Source of the DNA: Octopus vulgaris
Taxonomy: Eukaryota
Assembly (NCBI GenBank): GCA_951406725.2
Contig: OX597819.1
Location: 115,072,001 to 115,136,000, forward strand
Direction of reading: 5' to 3'
Length of the DNA stretch: 64,000 bases
A program made the position numbers and the translations under genes. This document shows, piece by piece, positions 23,681-36,547 of the stretch. Positions within the stretch are counted from its first letter, which is position 1. Each line of letters opens with the position of its first letter. The notes beneath the pieces are model-generated. The model was not told the DNA's origin, searched no databases, and saw only the letters and a list, made by a program, of their open reading frames with translations.

Positions 23681-24058
23681 TTTATTTTGAAAGGAAAACA
23701 TAAAAAAACATTAAGAAAATATATTTGCTCGTCTTAAATAAAAACTTCTAAGCTGAAATGTTGGTTTGTTGTTTATGAAAACTTATAATCGGATGTTACG
23801 TGATATCCAGGAAATTGATTTGTAAAATGAGAGTAAAACATAATTGATTAGTAAAATGAGGAAGAAGCGATTAAAGAATACCAAATTAATTAATTTCGTT
23901 TTTTTATTTGTTTTGCATGATTCTTTGGTGCTTCTTTCGAAGCGCACCTCTCCAAGGATATGACGCTCACTTGTCAAACAAGTTACGAAACGGGAAATAT
24001 AGTCAAATAAATGAAGTGTGCAAGAAAATTAGGAAGATTCATTTATTTAAAAATATTT

Positions 24059-24464
24059 GGATCTTTTCGGTTTGAACGGCAGTTTTTAACATAATTTCTA
24101 GGTAACTAAAAAATTTTAAACTTCGTATACTGGTAGAATATGTTTATAAAACATCATTTTCTCTTGGCTTTATTGAGAAAAATCTATAGTTTGTAAGATA
24201 TTTGTTGTTTTTTTCTTCAATTTCTGCAATTTCAACCAATCACTGATGTCTATTGAGGTAAACAACATTCTGTGCCGTATGAATATGTCCCTCGTTTAAG
24301 AAACAGATTGGGTTTATTTACATTTCTGAAGAAAAACAAAGATACCCTTCCCCCTAACCCTAACCCAGATTGAAATGCAATAGATCGATACTAGGGTCAT
24401 AATTATGGGTGACAATTTCATATGACACCGCTAGAAAAAACTGCCGTTCAGACCAAAAAGATCC
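24059..24464. mobile_element. Merlin-type MITE with perfect 8-bp TSD
   Basis: GGATCTTTTCGGTTTGAACGGCAG TIRs. AAATATTT duplicated at 24051-24058 and 24465-24472. Confidence 0.93.
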
Positions 24465-27311
24465 AAATATTTTGTACTAAAAAATAAAATTCGGAAAACG
24501 GGCACTCGCGAATGTAAACAAACATGTTGGACGATAAGTTACTTTTATCAGTCAGATATTAATGATACAAGGGGACCTGACAATATCATTTGCGAATTGT
24601 AAGAAGACCGTTTCACAATCTTTTTTTCATTCTTTGCCCCTTTGGCAAAGAAAAAAGTGGGTAGGTGAAATTTCACTTTCTGTCATAGGGTGGAGGGGAG
24701 GGTTTTTTTTTTTGAAAAATTAAAATTTTACAATTTTTTTTAGAATCATAATCTCCGTATTTTTCAACGTATTTTGCCAAAAAGAATTTCTAAAATAGGT
24801 GCAAAATGAAGAAATTTGCAGGGAAGGGTTTTAAGTTTTGAAATTTTTTCTTCGGTAATTTGTATTAGAATTTTGAAAGCGTGTTTCTATCTTGTCGGTT
24901 TTTCTGTTTAGATACTTTTCACGTCTGCTATTTTACAATTCTATGCATACATGAAACAGTAGAGAAAACACTTTAATTTCACTTCTTGACATTGGGGGAA
25001 GGGTTGTTTATTTTTTTTGAAAAATTGAAATTTTACAATTTCTTCTTTTTTTTTTTGGAATCCATAATCTTCGTATTTTTCTAGGTATTTTGCCCCACCA
25101 AATTTTTTTAAAAAGTGAACATTTAAGAAATTGATGGGGGAGAATTAAAGTTTTGAAATGCTTTTTTTTTTTTTTTCAGATTCGGAAAGTAGTAATTAAC
25201 CAAAATTATATTAAAAAGGGAAATTTAAGAAATTGATGGGGAAGGGGTGGGGAAGAATTAAAATTTTGAAATGCTTTTTTTTCCCCTTTTTCAGATTCGG
25301 AAAGTAGTAATTAACCAAAATTTTTTGTGTAAACTGAAGAAATATTAAGAGAACATAACTCTAGAGAAACGTGGGAGTGTAAGTTATCACTGTTAATAAT
25401 TTTGGACTCCCTAATTTCGAAGCTATAAGAAGCTACAAAGTTTCTTTAGAAACAATTGTTAGGCAACAATGGGCAAAGATAAAATCATTAGTCCTGTCTT
25501 TTCCTGTTTGAAAAGCATTTAAATCACTCTTATTTATGATTGGCTCATTGATATAAATAGTTTTAAAATATGGGAGCAGGATAAATGCTTTAACCTTATC
25601 CACTGTTATCTTACAATATTTTTGAGACATATTGTAACTTCTTTACATACATATACTTTATCTCAGGACTTCTCTCTCTGATTGACCAAACATTATGATC
25701 AAAAACATTTCAGTTGTAATCGTCTCATCCTAGAATAGCTGTCTCTTGAAGTCCCATATTTCATATGAAATGTCAGAAATACTAAAATAAGAAGGAAAAA
25801 CGGCAATGTTTTGGTATAAGTATATGGCGTCAGTCATAAGTGAGCATATGTGCAAGTATGTGTTTGACTGTTCAGTTCTATCGAACAGATGAAACACCAT
25901 GTCACACACTTGTTCATGACGTCATAGACTTTTACCGAAAGACTGCTAGAAAAAACTGTCTTTCGTTTCCAATGAAATATGAGATTTCTAGTGAGAGTTA
26001 ATCCAGAACTTTGACTGCTATTTCTAACAGATCATGCTCACATAGGCTGAGGCTTCTCTCTAGTTATCGTAGGTAGTTGTGAAGATAAAGGACAAAAGGC
26101 ATAATTAGGTAAATGCAAAAACTCAACTAGGAGTGACTTTTTATAGTATGTTGCTTGCCAAGAAAGCGTTGGATGAATTGTCTGGTGGTATTTAGTTACA
26201 AGCCTTTATATTCTGACTTGGAATTCTCAAAACTTATGTAAGTTCAATAAAATACAATACAAAAGTCGATTTTATCAACTATATATCATGCTAATGTTAG
26301 AAAACATTACCATATCAACAGAAAAAGTATTTACAATCTGTAGGATTCTCATCATTTATAAGTTGCATGCTGGCGTGTCTCAATAGCTATTGGAGAGGTT
26401 TCTCAGCGCCCCTAACTTTTCAATCCAAGGTGGTGATTTGGGGGGGGGGGTCCTCATTTTCTTTTTAACTTTTTCACTTGTGTTCTCTGTTTTTTCTATT
26501 TTTCTAGTTTGATTTTGTAAAATGGTAAACACTATGAAGGCAATAAAGCTTTAACTATTTGCCTAAAAAAAAAAATTGTTTTAAATACTTTGAAATCAAA
26601 ATTGTTTTATGTTTGTGTGGGGGAAAATCATTTACTAGTAGGAGACTAATACAAGATATATAACATTACTGTTGTTTAGGTTGACTCAGATCCTACAAGA
26701 CTATAATCAAAGATGTTCCAGGTGTGACCCTGTAAGTTTTTTTTTGATATGGTAGATACAGGCATAGCCATGTAGTTTAGTAGTTTGTCTTGCAATCATG
26801 TTGTTCTGGGTTTGTTCTCACCATACAGCACTTTGAGCAAGTGTCTCTTACAATAATTTCTGGTTGACCAATGCTGTGAGTAAAATTTCAGAGAGAAAAA
26901 TTGCACAGAAGCCCATCAGTCAGATCATTCTTGCTCTTGTTGGAAGACTTAATCTGTTACCTAGTTTAGCGGCACCACAAGATACTTGAGTGTCTAGCAG
27001 TTATGTTCTGTAGTAAACATTCAGGCTTCAGACCTTATCTCTGGTCTAAGAATAACCAGTCCTGAAAATCTTGTAAAAGATAATGGGATTGCCCTTCCTC
27101 TTCTGATTAAGTCATTAAAAAAATATGTAATTCTGACTAGAGCAAGTCTGATTTGTAAGATATTTTTGAGATAACGAGTGGGTGCATAGTGATGTTGATA
27201 AGTGAATAATGTATGGGTTCTATGGCAAGAAAAAATACAAGAAAAGTTACACAAATTAGAAATGAAATACATATCACTTTTTACATTTGTATATATCTAT
27301 ATACAACATTG

Positions 27312-27580
27312 TGGAGGCGCAATGGCCTAGTAGTTAGGGCAGCGAACTCGCGGTTTCGATTCCCAGACTGGGCGTTGTGAGTGTTTATTGAGCGAAAACA
27401 CCTAAAAGTTCCACGAGGCTCCGGCAGGGGGTGGTGATCCCTGCTGTACTCTTTCTTCTGTTGGCCTGCTCGCTTAGCCAGCGGGGTGGCGTCATTCGAA
27501 GGCTAAAACAATGCGAACGCATTGTGACCAGCGATGTGTAACAATATCTGATGGTCTGGTCGGTCACGTGATCACGTGAT
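27312..27580 (+). mobile_element. tRNA-derived SINE family C
   Basis: GGAGGCGCAATGGCCTAGTAGTTAGGG head with B box. Homologous copies at 60618-60912 and about 44917-45160. Confidence 0.8.
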
Positions 27581-27869
27581 ATACATTATATAAATATTTC
27601 TGAGCTTAAGGAACCCACAACCAATAATATAAAATTAAATTTTAATAATGGAACCCTAGTGTCACAGTACTCATTGTACCTGTGTTAAGATAGTAAAATG
27701 TTGTTGTCATACTGCATGTCTTGGGGATCTAAACCTGACACGGCTCCTTTATAAATACTTCTGAACCCAGATAGTGTGCTGAAAAAGTAGGCACCAATGG
27801 CCAACAATATAATATTAGATTTTATAAATGGACTTCCTATGCAGTAACCTTTATAGCACTTATTTTTAA

Positions 27870-28260
27870 GAAACCACAAACACTCTGTCACACTTGTACA
27901 TTGATACTGGACATCCAGTGGAGCTAGCTTCATTCCTCTAGCCTTCACATGTCCTCTGCATTCAAGCCCATCTCACTACCATGTAACACTGCTGTTTGTA
28001 TGCATGCATTATACAATCTTCCTTTCACTTAAAGAGAGAGACCTTTGGTTGCCAATAGAGGTAAAAGCTCTTTGAATTTTCTCCATCTTATTATTCTAGT
28101 AATCACACTTCCCATACATCCTCCCCACTGCTAGGTTGTGGAAATTATCCACTATTTCTAAAGAGCTTCTTGGGCATTTGAGAAAATCAGTTTCCCAGGA
28201 AGACATGGGATGAAGTGCTAATGGCTGGTCTAAAGACACAGGAGCCTTATAAAGATTACA
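27870..28260 (-). mobile_element. Decayed RTE LINE fragment
   Basis: Reverse-complement similarity to 35090-35380 (GAAGCTAG, CATGGTAGTGA, CTCTCTTTAAGTGAAAGG). Confidence 0.65.
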
Positions 28261-28666
28261 GAAAACTGAGATATCTGGAACCTTGCTGTACTCAAGAAGA
28301 CCTATCCACCACAGCAGAGTTGATACCCTAAACAATCTCCTAGCTGAAGGGGTTTTTGTTTTACAAGCCACTTGTTAGTACTACATAGAAAAGCACTCAT
28401 GCTGGTGCCATGTAAAAAAAACCATCTAATACACTCTGTAAAATGGTTAGCGTTAGAAAAGACATCCAGCTGTAGAAACTGAGTCAAAACACATGACTGG
28501 AATCTGGTGCAGCCCACTAGCTCTAGCTAAACTTTCTAACCCATGCCAGCATGGAAAATGGACGTTAAATGATGATGATATATATGCACACACACACACA
28601 CACAGAATACCATACTGGCAGACAGAATGCTAAGGAGAGTGAAATCAACTATTTAATTACAAATTA

Positions 28667-29040
28667 TAGGTGCAAGTGTGGCTATGTGGCAAGAAGTTTG
28701 CTTTCCAACCACAGGGTTCCATGTTCAGTCTCACTTTATGGTACCTTGGACAAGTAGCTTGTACTATAACCTCAGGCTAACCAAAACCTTGTCGCTGGAT
28801 TTGATGGATGGAAACTGAAAGAAACCTGTTGTAAATGTGTGTTTGTCCCACTACCACTTGATGATTGGCACCGGTGTGTTTACATTCCTGTAACTTAGGT
28901 TTTCAACAAAATAAACTGATAGAATAAATACCAGGCTTTAAAAAGAAATGTACTGGGATCAATTAATTTGATTAAAATTTCTTCAGTGTGGTACCCCAGC
29001 ATAGCCAGTCTTATGACTGAAACAAGTAAAGGGTAAAAGG
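28667..29040 (+). mobile_element. SINE family A copy (diverged)
   Basis: Head, GGAAACTGAAAGAA core and CCCCAGCATAGCC..GACTGAAACAAGTAAA tail. Confidence 0.8.
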
Positions 29041-30452
29041 CAAAAAAAAAAAAGTAATGAGTATGCTTGTGTGAGTGGATACGTATGTCAGACTCTTAAA
29101 TCCAGTTGTTATTATTATAAATTTTGGAGGTATTGTCCCTTTGCATTGAGCAGATGTGCTTAACATTCATCATTGACATTATATTTACCTCTCATTACAA
29201 CAGTAATTCTAATGAATTAAAATTTATTCTTTATTACTCAAGTATTGTTTCATACAGCTGGCACTACTGGGTGTTTGTATTCAATTATTATGTATTGATG
29301 TTAGTTTTGGCAAATATACTATCGACATCGCAACCATTTTTTATTTCAGCCTTTCATGTTGGTTTGAGCTGGTTAGGCCATTATGCACCAAGTCAATTTT
29401 TATTCTGAGTTACTGCTCTCTGAGACTGAACGGAGGAGTATTATACATTTCACACATACATTGATATATTAATGAAGCTCACACAGTTACAGTTACTATA
29501 CTTCCGGATTATAGGGTCATATAACTTCAATACATTGAAAAAAACGGAGCTGATATTAGACATTATAAGCATCGACTTTCAACAGAAAAGGGTAACAGGC
29601 TGCACTGATGGAACCAGGACCATCCTTTATCACAAAGGAGTACCACTATTAAATGTCTCTTCTCAAATTTGTAATCAAATGGGGTTTTTTTTACTACTAT
29701 TCTATCTCTAAAAGTATTTTGTCTCTTACATAATGAAGTACATGACCATGTCATGTACTTTATTACCATAGATTAGGTAATTCTACTAATGTCTCACATA
29801 GTAAATATGTAACTAGCTTACATCAATGTTGCCAGCCACTCAGACTTCAAAGATTAAGTAATTCTACTGATGTTCCATTTTGTCAGGTATTTCTATTTTT
29901 GGTTCAATGCTTGCAATGAGAAGTAACTCAGTAAATATGAACAAATTATATATTAAAGGCTAAGACTTTAATATGAGTAATATCAAACCTTATAATCAGC
30001 AGTTTGAGACAGAAACATACGAAGCAGTTAGGGACCTGTAACACTTCATAAAAAGTAATTTTTCTTATGACCATGTTTGTAAGCACCAACATCTTCCTTG
30101 ATCTCTAATACAAAGCAGTAGGACAACAAAACAATCTTATTTCTTTATTGCCCGCAAGGGGCTAAACATAGAGGGGACAAACAAAGGGATTAAGTCGATT
30201 AGATCGACCCCAGTGTGTAACTGGTACTTAATTTATCGACCTCAAAAGGATGAAAGGCAAAGTCGACCTCAGCGGAATTTGATCTTGTTCAAGTTAGAGA
30301 ACCATACCCAGTAAAATAATTAGGTAGTTCTAGAGGCTGATGAAATTTCATTAAAACATTTACTTCCACAATTGCTCATCATCTGTAGAAATATCTCACT
30401 CTTTATGTGATTAAGCTTTTTACTAAGAAAATTCAAGAATTGTCTGTTCTAT

Positions 30453-30848
30453 TCTTTTACTTGTTTCAGTCATTTGACTGCGGCCATGCTGGAGCACTGC
30501 CTTTAGTCGAGCAAATCGACCTCAGGACTTATTCTTTGTAAGCCTAGTACTTATTCTATCGGGCTCTTTAGCCGAACCACTTAGTTATGGGGATATAAAC
30601 ACACCAGCATCGGTTGTCAAGCAATGTTGGGGGGGACAAACACAGACACACGAATATATACACACACATACATATATATATATATACAACGGGCTTCTTT
30701 CAGTTTCCGTCTACCAAATCCACTCACAAGGTTTTGGTCGGCCCGAGGCTATAGTAGAAGACACTTGCCCAAGGTGCCACGCAGTGGGACTGAACCCAGA
30801 ACCATGTGGTTGGTAAGCAAGCTACTTACCACACAGCCACTCCTGCGC
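30453..30848 (-). mobile_element. SINE family A copy
   Basis: Near-identical to 14340-14745 and 49445-49827. Confidence 0.9.
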
Positions 30849-31709
30849 CTGTTGTTGAAGAAATTATTGATAGTCTAACCTTAGTCCTATAACCTAGTGA
30901 CAGCTTGTTAAATTACTAATATTATGTCAAGATGAGAAGTGGTGAGCTGGCAGAACAGCATGCTGTGCAAAATGCTTAGCAGCCTTTCATCCATCTTTAT
31001 GTACCAAGTTCAAATGCTGCTAAGGTTGACTTTGCTTTTCAGCCTTTTGGGGTTGATAAAATAAGTACCAGCTGAGCACTGGGGTTGATCTATTCAACTT
31101 ACCCCTCTCCCACAAAATTGTTGGTCTTGTGCCAAAAATTGAAGCCAACATTATACCAAGATGAAATAAAATATTAGTCACCGACTGGCAGTATTTTTCT
31201 TCCTAATTAACTTCTTGGATTTCTGTGATTTAAAAATGTTTTCCACCACTTTACTAATTATCACAAAATGCAGTGTTTCATTATTATTTGAAATTTTTAA
31301 GAATTCCCTTTTTCTGAAAAAAAAAAAAAGTTTTAAAGCAATTTTTTGACATTCACTTAATGAGGAAACCAAATAAGATTAAAACACGGCAGAAGCTGTG
31401 TCTTGTACTTACTGAGAAAATGACAAAACAAATGTTAGTCATCAATTAATATTATTTTACCTTCACAGCATATTTAAACATAAATGATTTTAATGTTCTG
31501 AGCATTGAATATACATTTAAACAATTAGAGATGGTGAAATGTTATATACTAGTCAAGGTTTTACAACAAACATCACAGTAATAAAGGCTCTTCTGTCTCA
31601 ATATATTTAATTAAAAGTTTGTAAAAGTTAATTTTCAAAAAATATTCCATAATTTTCTAAGTTACATTTTATTTGTGAACTAATGTTGCATGACTACTTA
31701 ACAATTTAA

Positions 31710-31926
31710 CCCTTTAGTGTTTAAACCGGCTGTATCTGGCCCAAATATTCTACACATTTTATGCTCAAACTGGCCAGAACATGCATCTCACACCTACCTT
31801 GCAATGTCACTCCAAAAATAAGCAATTACATCTTTCCTATCTTGAAGGTACAAAATATCAGATAAATTTTTTTAAATGTGAATAAATAAGGATTACTTTT
31901 GACAAATTAATCTGAACGCTAAAGGG
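31710..31926. mobile_element. piggyBac-type MITE in the 3' UTR of ZNF gene 3
   Basis: TTAA|CCCTTTAG ... CTAAAGGG|TTAA. Decayed relative at about 43158-43358. Confidence 0.8.
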
Positions 31927-31967
31927 TTAAACAAGATCACATTTTGACAAATGTCATAATATTATGG

Positions 31968-33506
31968 TCATTGTCCTTTGTGAATAAGATAATGATTTGA
32001 CAAGCTTCTGTTTCTGGAAAATGCTTTTCCACAAATTACGCACTGGAATGGTTTTTCTCCTGTGTGAGTACGTCTATGTTCTGTTAAATTCTCCTTTTTA
32101 TAATATAATTTCTCACAAAATTCACATTGGTATATTTTTTCTCCTGTATGAATACTTTTATGACGAGTTAGATTACTATTCCGAGAAAATGCTTTTCCAC
32201 AAGTTTCACAGCGGTACAGTTTTTCCCCAGTGTGAGTCCATTTATGGTCAGTTAATCTCCTTTTAGAACAAAATGTTTTCCCACAAGTTTCACACTGGAA
32301 TGGTGTTTCTGTTGTATGAGTCCACTTATGATTCGATAAGTTACTGCTACGAGAAAAAGCTTTCCCACATGTTAAGCATTGGTATGGTCTTTCTCCAGTG
32401 TGAGACCGCTTATGATCAGACAAAAGTGTACTATAAGTAAATACCTTACCACAAATGTCACAACGGTAGGGGTTATCTCCTGTATGAGTACGTACATGCC
32501 GGGATACATAACGACTTTGAGAAAATGCTTTCCCACAAAATTCACATTTGTACGGCTTTTCATCAGAGTGAGTGTGTTTATGGTTTAATAAATGTACTTT
32601 ACGTGAAAACACTCTCAGACAAATTTCACAGTGGAATGTTCTTTCAGTATGAGTGAGTTTGTGATCTTTTAAGTGAGACTTTTGTGAAAAGGCTTTCCCA
32701 CAAATTTCACACTCAAATGGTTTATTCCCCGTGTGAATAATTTTATGAAAATTTAATCTACCTTTTAACAAGAAGGATTTCCCACAAATTTCACAGGAGT
32801 ATGATCCGCTTCCTGAGTGGCTCCTTTCATGAAGTGATAACTGGCTTTTCAAAGAAAATGTCTTTCCACAGAATTCACAAGGATATGGTGTTCCAGTGTG
32901 ACTAAATCTGTGATTTTTTAAATGTCTATTGAATGAAAACTCTTTCCCACAGATCTCACACTGGTATGGTTTCTCTCCTGTATGCACACGTTTATGATCC
33001 CCTAAACTACTGCTACTAGTAAAAGCTTTCCCACATATTTCACAATCATATGGCTTTTCTCCCGTATGAGTTCTTTGATGAATTAATAGATGACCACTGT
33101 GGGAAAAGGCTTTCCCACAGGTTTTACATTGATAAGGTTTTTCTCCTGTATGAATACGTTTGTGACATGATAATTTATTATTACATGAAAAGGATTTCCC
33201 ACAAGTTTCACAATGGAATGGTCTTTCACCAGTGTGACTACGTATATGAAGCAGTAACTTGCTGTTAAAAGAAAATCCTTTGCCACATATTTCACAGTGG
33301 TATGGTTGTTCTCCAGTGTGAATACGTTTATGATAAGTTGCTGCACTATTACGGGAAAAAGATTTACCACAGAATTCACAATGGTATGGCTTCTCTCCTG
33401 TATGAGTACGTTTATGAGCAGTTAGATTAGAATTTTTAGAAAAAGATCTTCCACAAATATGACAACTGTAAGGTTTTGCTTCTGTTTCCAACATTGTCTG
33501 ACCCAT
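31968..33506 (-). CDS. C2H2 zinc-finger protein, gene 3 (512 aa, about 18 fingers), paralog of gene 1
   Basis: Tandem fingers; acceptor TTTCAG at 33867-33862. Shares SCNNKL, FSL.SQLSLH and LK.RL.FHK finger signatures with gene 1. Confidence 0.95.
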   Translation of the reverse strand: MGQTMLETEAKPYSCHICGRSFSKNSNLTAHKRTHTGEKPYHCEFCGKSFSRNSAATYHKRIHTGEQPYHCEICGKGFSFNSKLLLHIRSHTGERPFHCETCGKSFSCNNKLSCHKRIHTGEKPYQCKTCGKAFSHSGHLLIHQRTHTGEKPYDCEICGKAFTSSSSLGDHKRVHTGEKPYQCEICGKEFSFNRHLKNHRFSHTGTPYPCEFCGKTFSLKSQLSLHERSHSGSGSYSCEICGKSFLLKGRLNFHKIIHTGNKPFECEICGKAFSQKSHLKDHKLTHTERTFHCEICLRVFSRKVHLLNHKHTHSDEKPYKCEFCGKAFSQSRYVSRHVRTHTGDNPYRCDICGKVFTYSTLLSDHKRSHTGERPYQCLTCGKAFSRSSNLSNHKWTHTTETPFQCETCGKTFCSKRRLTDHKWTHTGEKLYRCETCGKAFSRNSNLTRHKSIHTGEKIYQCEFCEKLYYKKENLTEHRRTHTGEKPFQCVICGKAFSRNRSLSNHYLIHKGQ

Positions 33507-34943
33507 AATGCCTTAATAGACAATATATTCTACTATTTTCCATAAAAACATCTACAATAAAATGAAAACCTGTTTTCAACCATCACAAAGAAATGCATTT
33601 TCTTTCACTGAATCAGTTGAAATCAAATTTAAAATATTATCACAGTAATATATTCTACTGATCTGATATGTTGTCATGAAGTGGTCTGTTTCAATTGCGA
33701 TATATTTGTGAGAAAATGACTTTTTACTAACGTCAGTCTAGTCACAACTTATTAAAGAAAACATATCTCATATTACATTGTTACCATTAGATTAGCTGAT
33801 AAATGTCACGTTATGAATTATGATATCATCAGGAAGAAATCCATTCTTCAACATGGTTAGTCTGAAATGAAAGAAAACAAATCATAGTTTATGACTCATG
33901 ATACATTGTTGATGTTTTTCAACACAAGATCAACCCTCTGTCCCTTTAGCTGAAACTACCCAGTCTTACTGTGTTTTTTTTCTTCTTAAATCCAGAATTG
34001 CATTATCTGTGTCTTTCCTGAAATTTGTGGTTTGAGAGAGATTTATCTGCTATTTCTAGCAAGGTAAATAATTACATAGAGGATCCTTTGTTAGCTCATC
34101 ATAAGCTATATAATTAGAAATGGTAATATACATAAAATATGAAAACAACCATCTCTTTTATTATATTTAGTTTTGCTTCAATGATGATCAACAAAACTCT
34201 TTTTCCAATCCTTCTTCTTTAGAACTTCGACTCTCTGGGATTCCCACCCTGTACATATCTTCCCTCAAGTTGTTGACTTGCAACAGTTAAACAGTACATT
34301 AATCACATGAATCTTAGTGGTCTCGAAAAAGGCCTTTGACAAAACCCCTTCCTCCAAACGTTAACAGAAAAATTTAATTCAATGCAGACAAAACATTAGC
34401 AAAAGGAACCACTTCAATGAAGATTCTTTCACAAGAATTCAATATCTTCTCTCTTTGGCACATAACTATTCCAATAATTTTGGGCTATAATTTCCACATA
34501 TGACCCTATTGTTCAATGTGACAGTTGCACTTATGAAACTATCAACAGGATGTTTATACAGTGGAATAACAGTATTTTAAAATAAAATTTTCTGCAAATA
34601 GGTTTCCAATGCAGTAGATTACGATTATGTAGGAATTTACTGTGGAAAAAGCTACGAAGGCAGATATTTCACGCATCCCCACCTCAATTACAATCGGATT
34701 GGGGGAAAGTTTCTTGGAAAAAACCCCAAAAAACTTACCTGTCAGCTACATTTCAAACAACTATGATGGCCAAATTTTATTCCCCCAAAATGATGGAATA
34801 CTTGTAATGTAACGGTTTCAAACAGATGAGGAGAGAATCAGAAGTTATTCATTTTGCTCCAGTTACCAATTTTACAGCACCCACCACTTATCAGAGATGA
34901 ATTAGCATTGGCCAGAAAAAATGTCAATTTTTAAAAAGAATAT

Positions 34944-36547
34944 TCACTCTATAAGATGCACCAAATGTAAGCTATGGACACATAAGAGATGTAGTAATGT
35001 CAAAGGAAGACTAACTAGGAAAATAGTTTTTATCTGTGGCAGATGCTCAGGAGCAATAAACTCTGAAAATATGCAGAGACCAACTTCTATTACGTTTCAG
35101 GGAGAAAAACTAGAAGTAGTTGATAGCTTCCGCTACCTAGGTGACCAAGTCAGTAGTGGGGGCGGGTGTGCTGAAAGTATAACTGCTAGAGTAAGAATAG
35201 CCTGGGCAAAGTTTAGAGAGCTCTTACCCCTACTGGTGACAAAAGGCCTCTCGCTCAAAGTAAAAGGCAGACTGTATGATGCATGTGTACGTACAGCCAT
35301 GCTACATGGTAGTGAAACTTGGGCTGTGACTGCTGAGGATTTACGTAAGCTCGCAAGAAATGAAGCTAGTATGCTCTGTTGGATGTGTAATGTCAGTGTT
35401 CATAGTCGACAGAGTGTAAGTACTTTGAGAGAAAAGTTGGACCTAAGAGGCATCAGATGTGTGCAAGAGAGACGATTGCGCTGGTATGGTCATGTGGCGA
35501 GAATGGACGAAGATAGGTGTGTGAAAAAGTGCCACACCCTGGCAGTTGAGGGGACCTGTGGAAGAGGTAGACCCAGGAAAACCTGGGTCGAGGTGGTGAA
35601 GCACGACCTTCGAACTCTAGGTCTCACCAAGGAAATGACCAGAGACCAAGACCTCTGGAAGTATGCTGTGCGTGAGAAGACCCGGCAAGACCAGTGAGAA
35701 CAATCAAAATCAAATCATATATCCGTGTCCGCTGCCAGCCTCGTCTGGTACCCGTGTCGGTGATACGTAAAAGCACCATTCGCTCGTGGCCGTTTGCCAG
35801 CTCTGTCTGGCCCCCGTGTCGGTGGCACGTAAAAGCGCCATCCGTACGTGTTTGTTGCCAGCCTCGGCTGGCCCCCGTGCCGGTGACACGTAAAAGCACC
35901 GTCCGTTCATGGCTGTTTGCCAGCTCTGTCTGGCCCCGTGTCGGTGGCACGTAAAAGCACCATCCGCTCGTGTTCGCTGCCAGCCTCGGCTGGCCCCCGT
36001 GCCGGTGACACGTAAAAGCACCATCCGTTCGTGGCCGTTTGCCAGCTCTGTCTGGCCCCGTGTCGGTGGCAATAAAAGCACCATCCGTTCGTGTCCGTTG
36101 CCAGCCTCGGCTGGCCCCCGTGCCGGTGACACGTAAAAGCACCGTCCGTTCGTGGCCGTTTGCCAGCTCTCTCTGGCCCCGTGTCGGTGGCACGTAAAAG
36201 CTCCATCCGTTCGTGTTCGTTGCCAGCCTCGGCTGGCCCCCGTGCCGGTGACACGTAAAAGCACCATCCGTTCGTGACCGTTTGCCAGCTCTGTCTGGCC
36301 CCGTGCCGGTGACACGTAAAAGCACCATCCGTTCGTGGCCGTTGTGCCAGCTCTGTCTGGCACCTGTGCAGGTGGCACGTAAAAAACACCCACTACACTC
36401 GCGGAGTGGTTGGCGTTAGGAAGGGCATCCAGCTGTAGAAACACTGACAAATCTGACTGGGCCTGATGAAGCCTTCCGGCTTCACAGACCCCAGTTAAAC
36501 CGTCCAACCCATGCTAGCATGGAAAACGGACGCTAAATGATGATGAT
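34944..36547 (+). mobile_element. 5'-truncated RTE LINE with open ORF2 C-terminus and 3' UTR
   Basis: CTKC..WTHKRC..CGRC, FRYLG, MLHGSETW, RLRWYGHV and RGRPRKTW motifs. Tail CCCATGCTAGCATGGAAAACGGACGCTAAA(TGA)n. Confidence 0.92.
35720..36385 (+). repeat. GC-rich minisatellite, 11 x about 60-61 bp in alternating A/B variants, within the RTE 3' UTR
   Basis: Units end CACGTAAAAGCACC. GCCAGCCTCGGCTGGC and GCCAGCTCTGTCTGGC variants alternate. Confidence 0.95.

Larger units (their letters stand above)
23083..23840 (+). promoter_or_regulatory. Paralogous copy of the gene-2 promoter, first exon and intron start
   Basis: Colinear with about 14085-14850 (GCATTCTCTCCTGAT..., ATACGGTtAGTTaACAATGA, GTAAAATGAGAGTAAA) but carries different insertions. 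Confidence 0.75.

Noticed and set aside
25433-25630. 65-aa ORF as an exon of a non-ZNF gene
   Set aside because: No recognisable domain or convincing splice context.
27312-27370. tRNA gene candidates (also 44917, 60618 and other SINE heads)
   Set aside because: A/B boxes continue into SINE bodies; no complete cloverleaf could be built.
29500-29507. ETS motif ACTTCCGG as a further promoter
   Set aside because: No paralogous promoter context or linked exon; compatible with chance.
35720-36385. CRISPR-like array and long ORFs (35624-36507) in several frames
   Set aside because: There are no unique spacers; the units are tandem copies within a LINE 3' UTR. The ORFs are by-products of a stop-free GC-rich repeat.
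36460-36490. Hammerhead-like CTGATGA followed by a stem
   Set aside because: No GAAA follows the stem, and the homologous position in other copies (e.g. near 62585) reads CTGGTGC.
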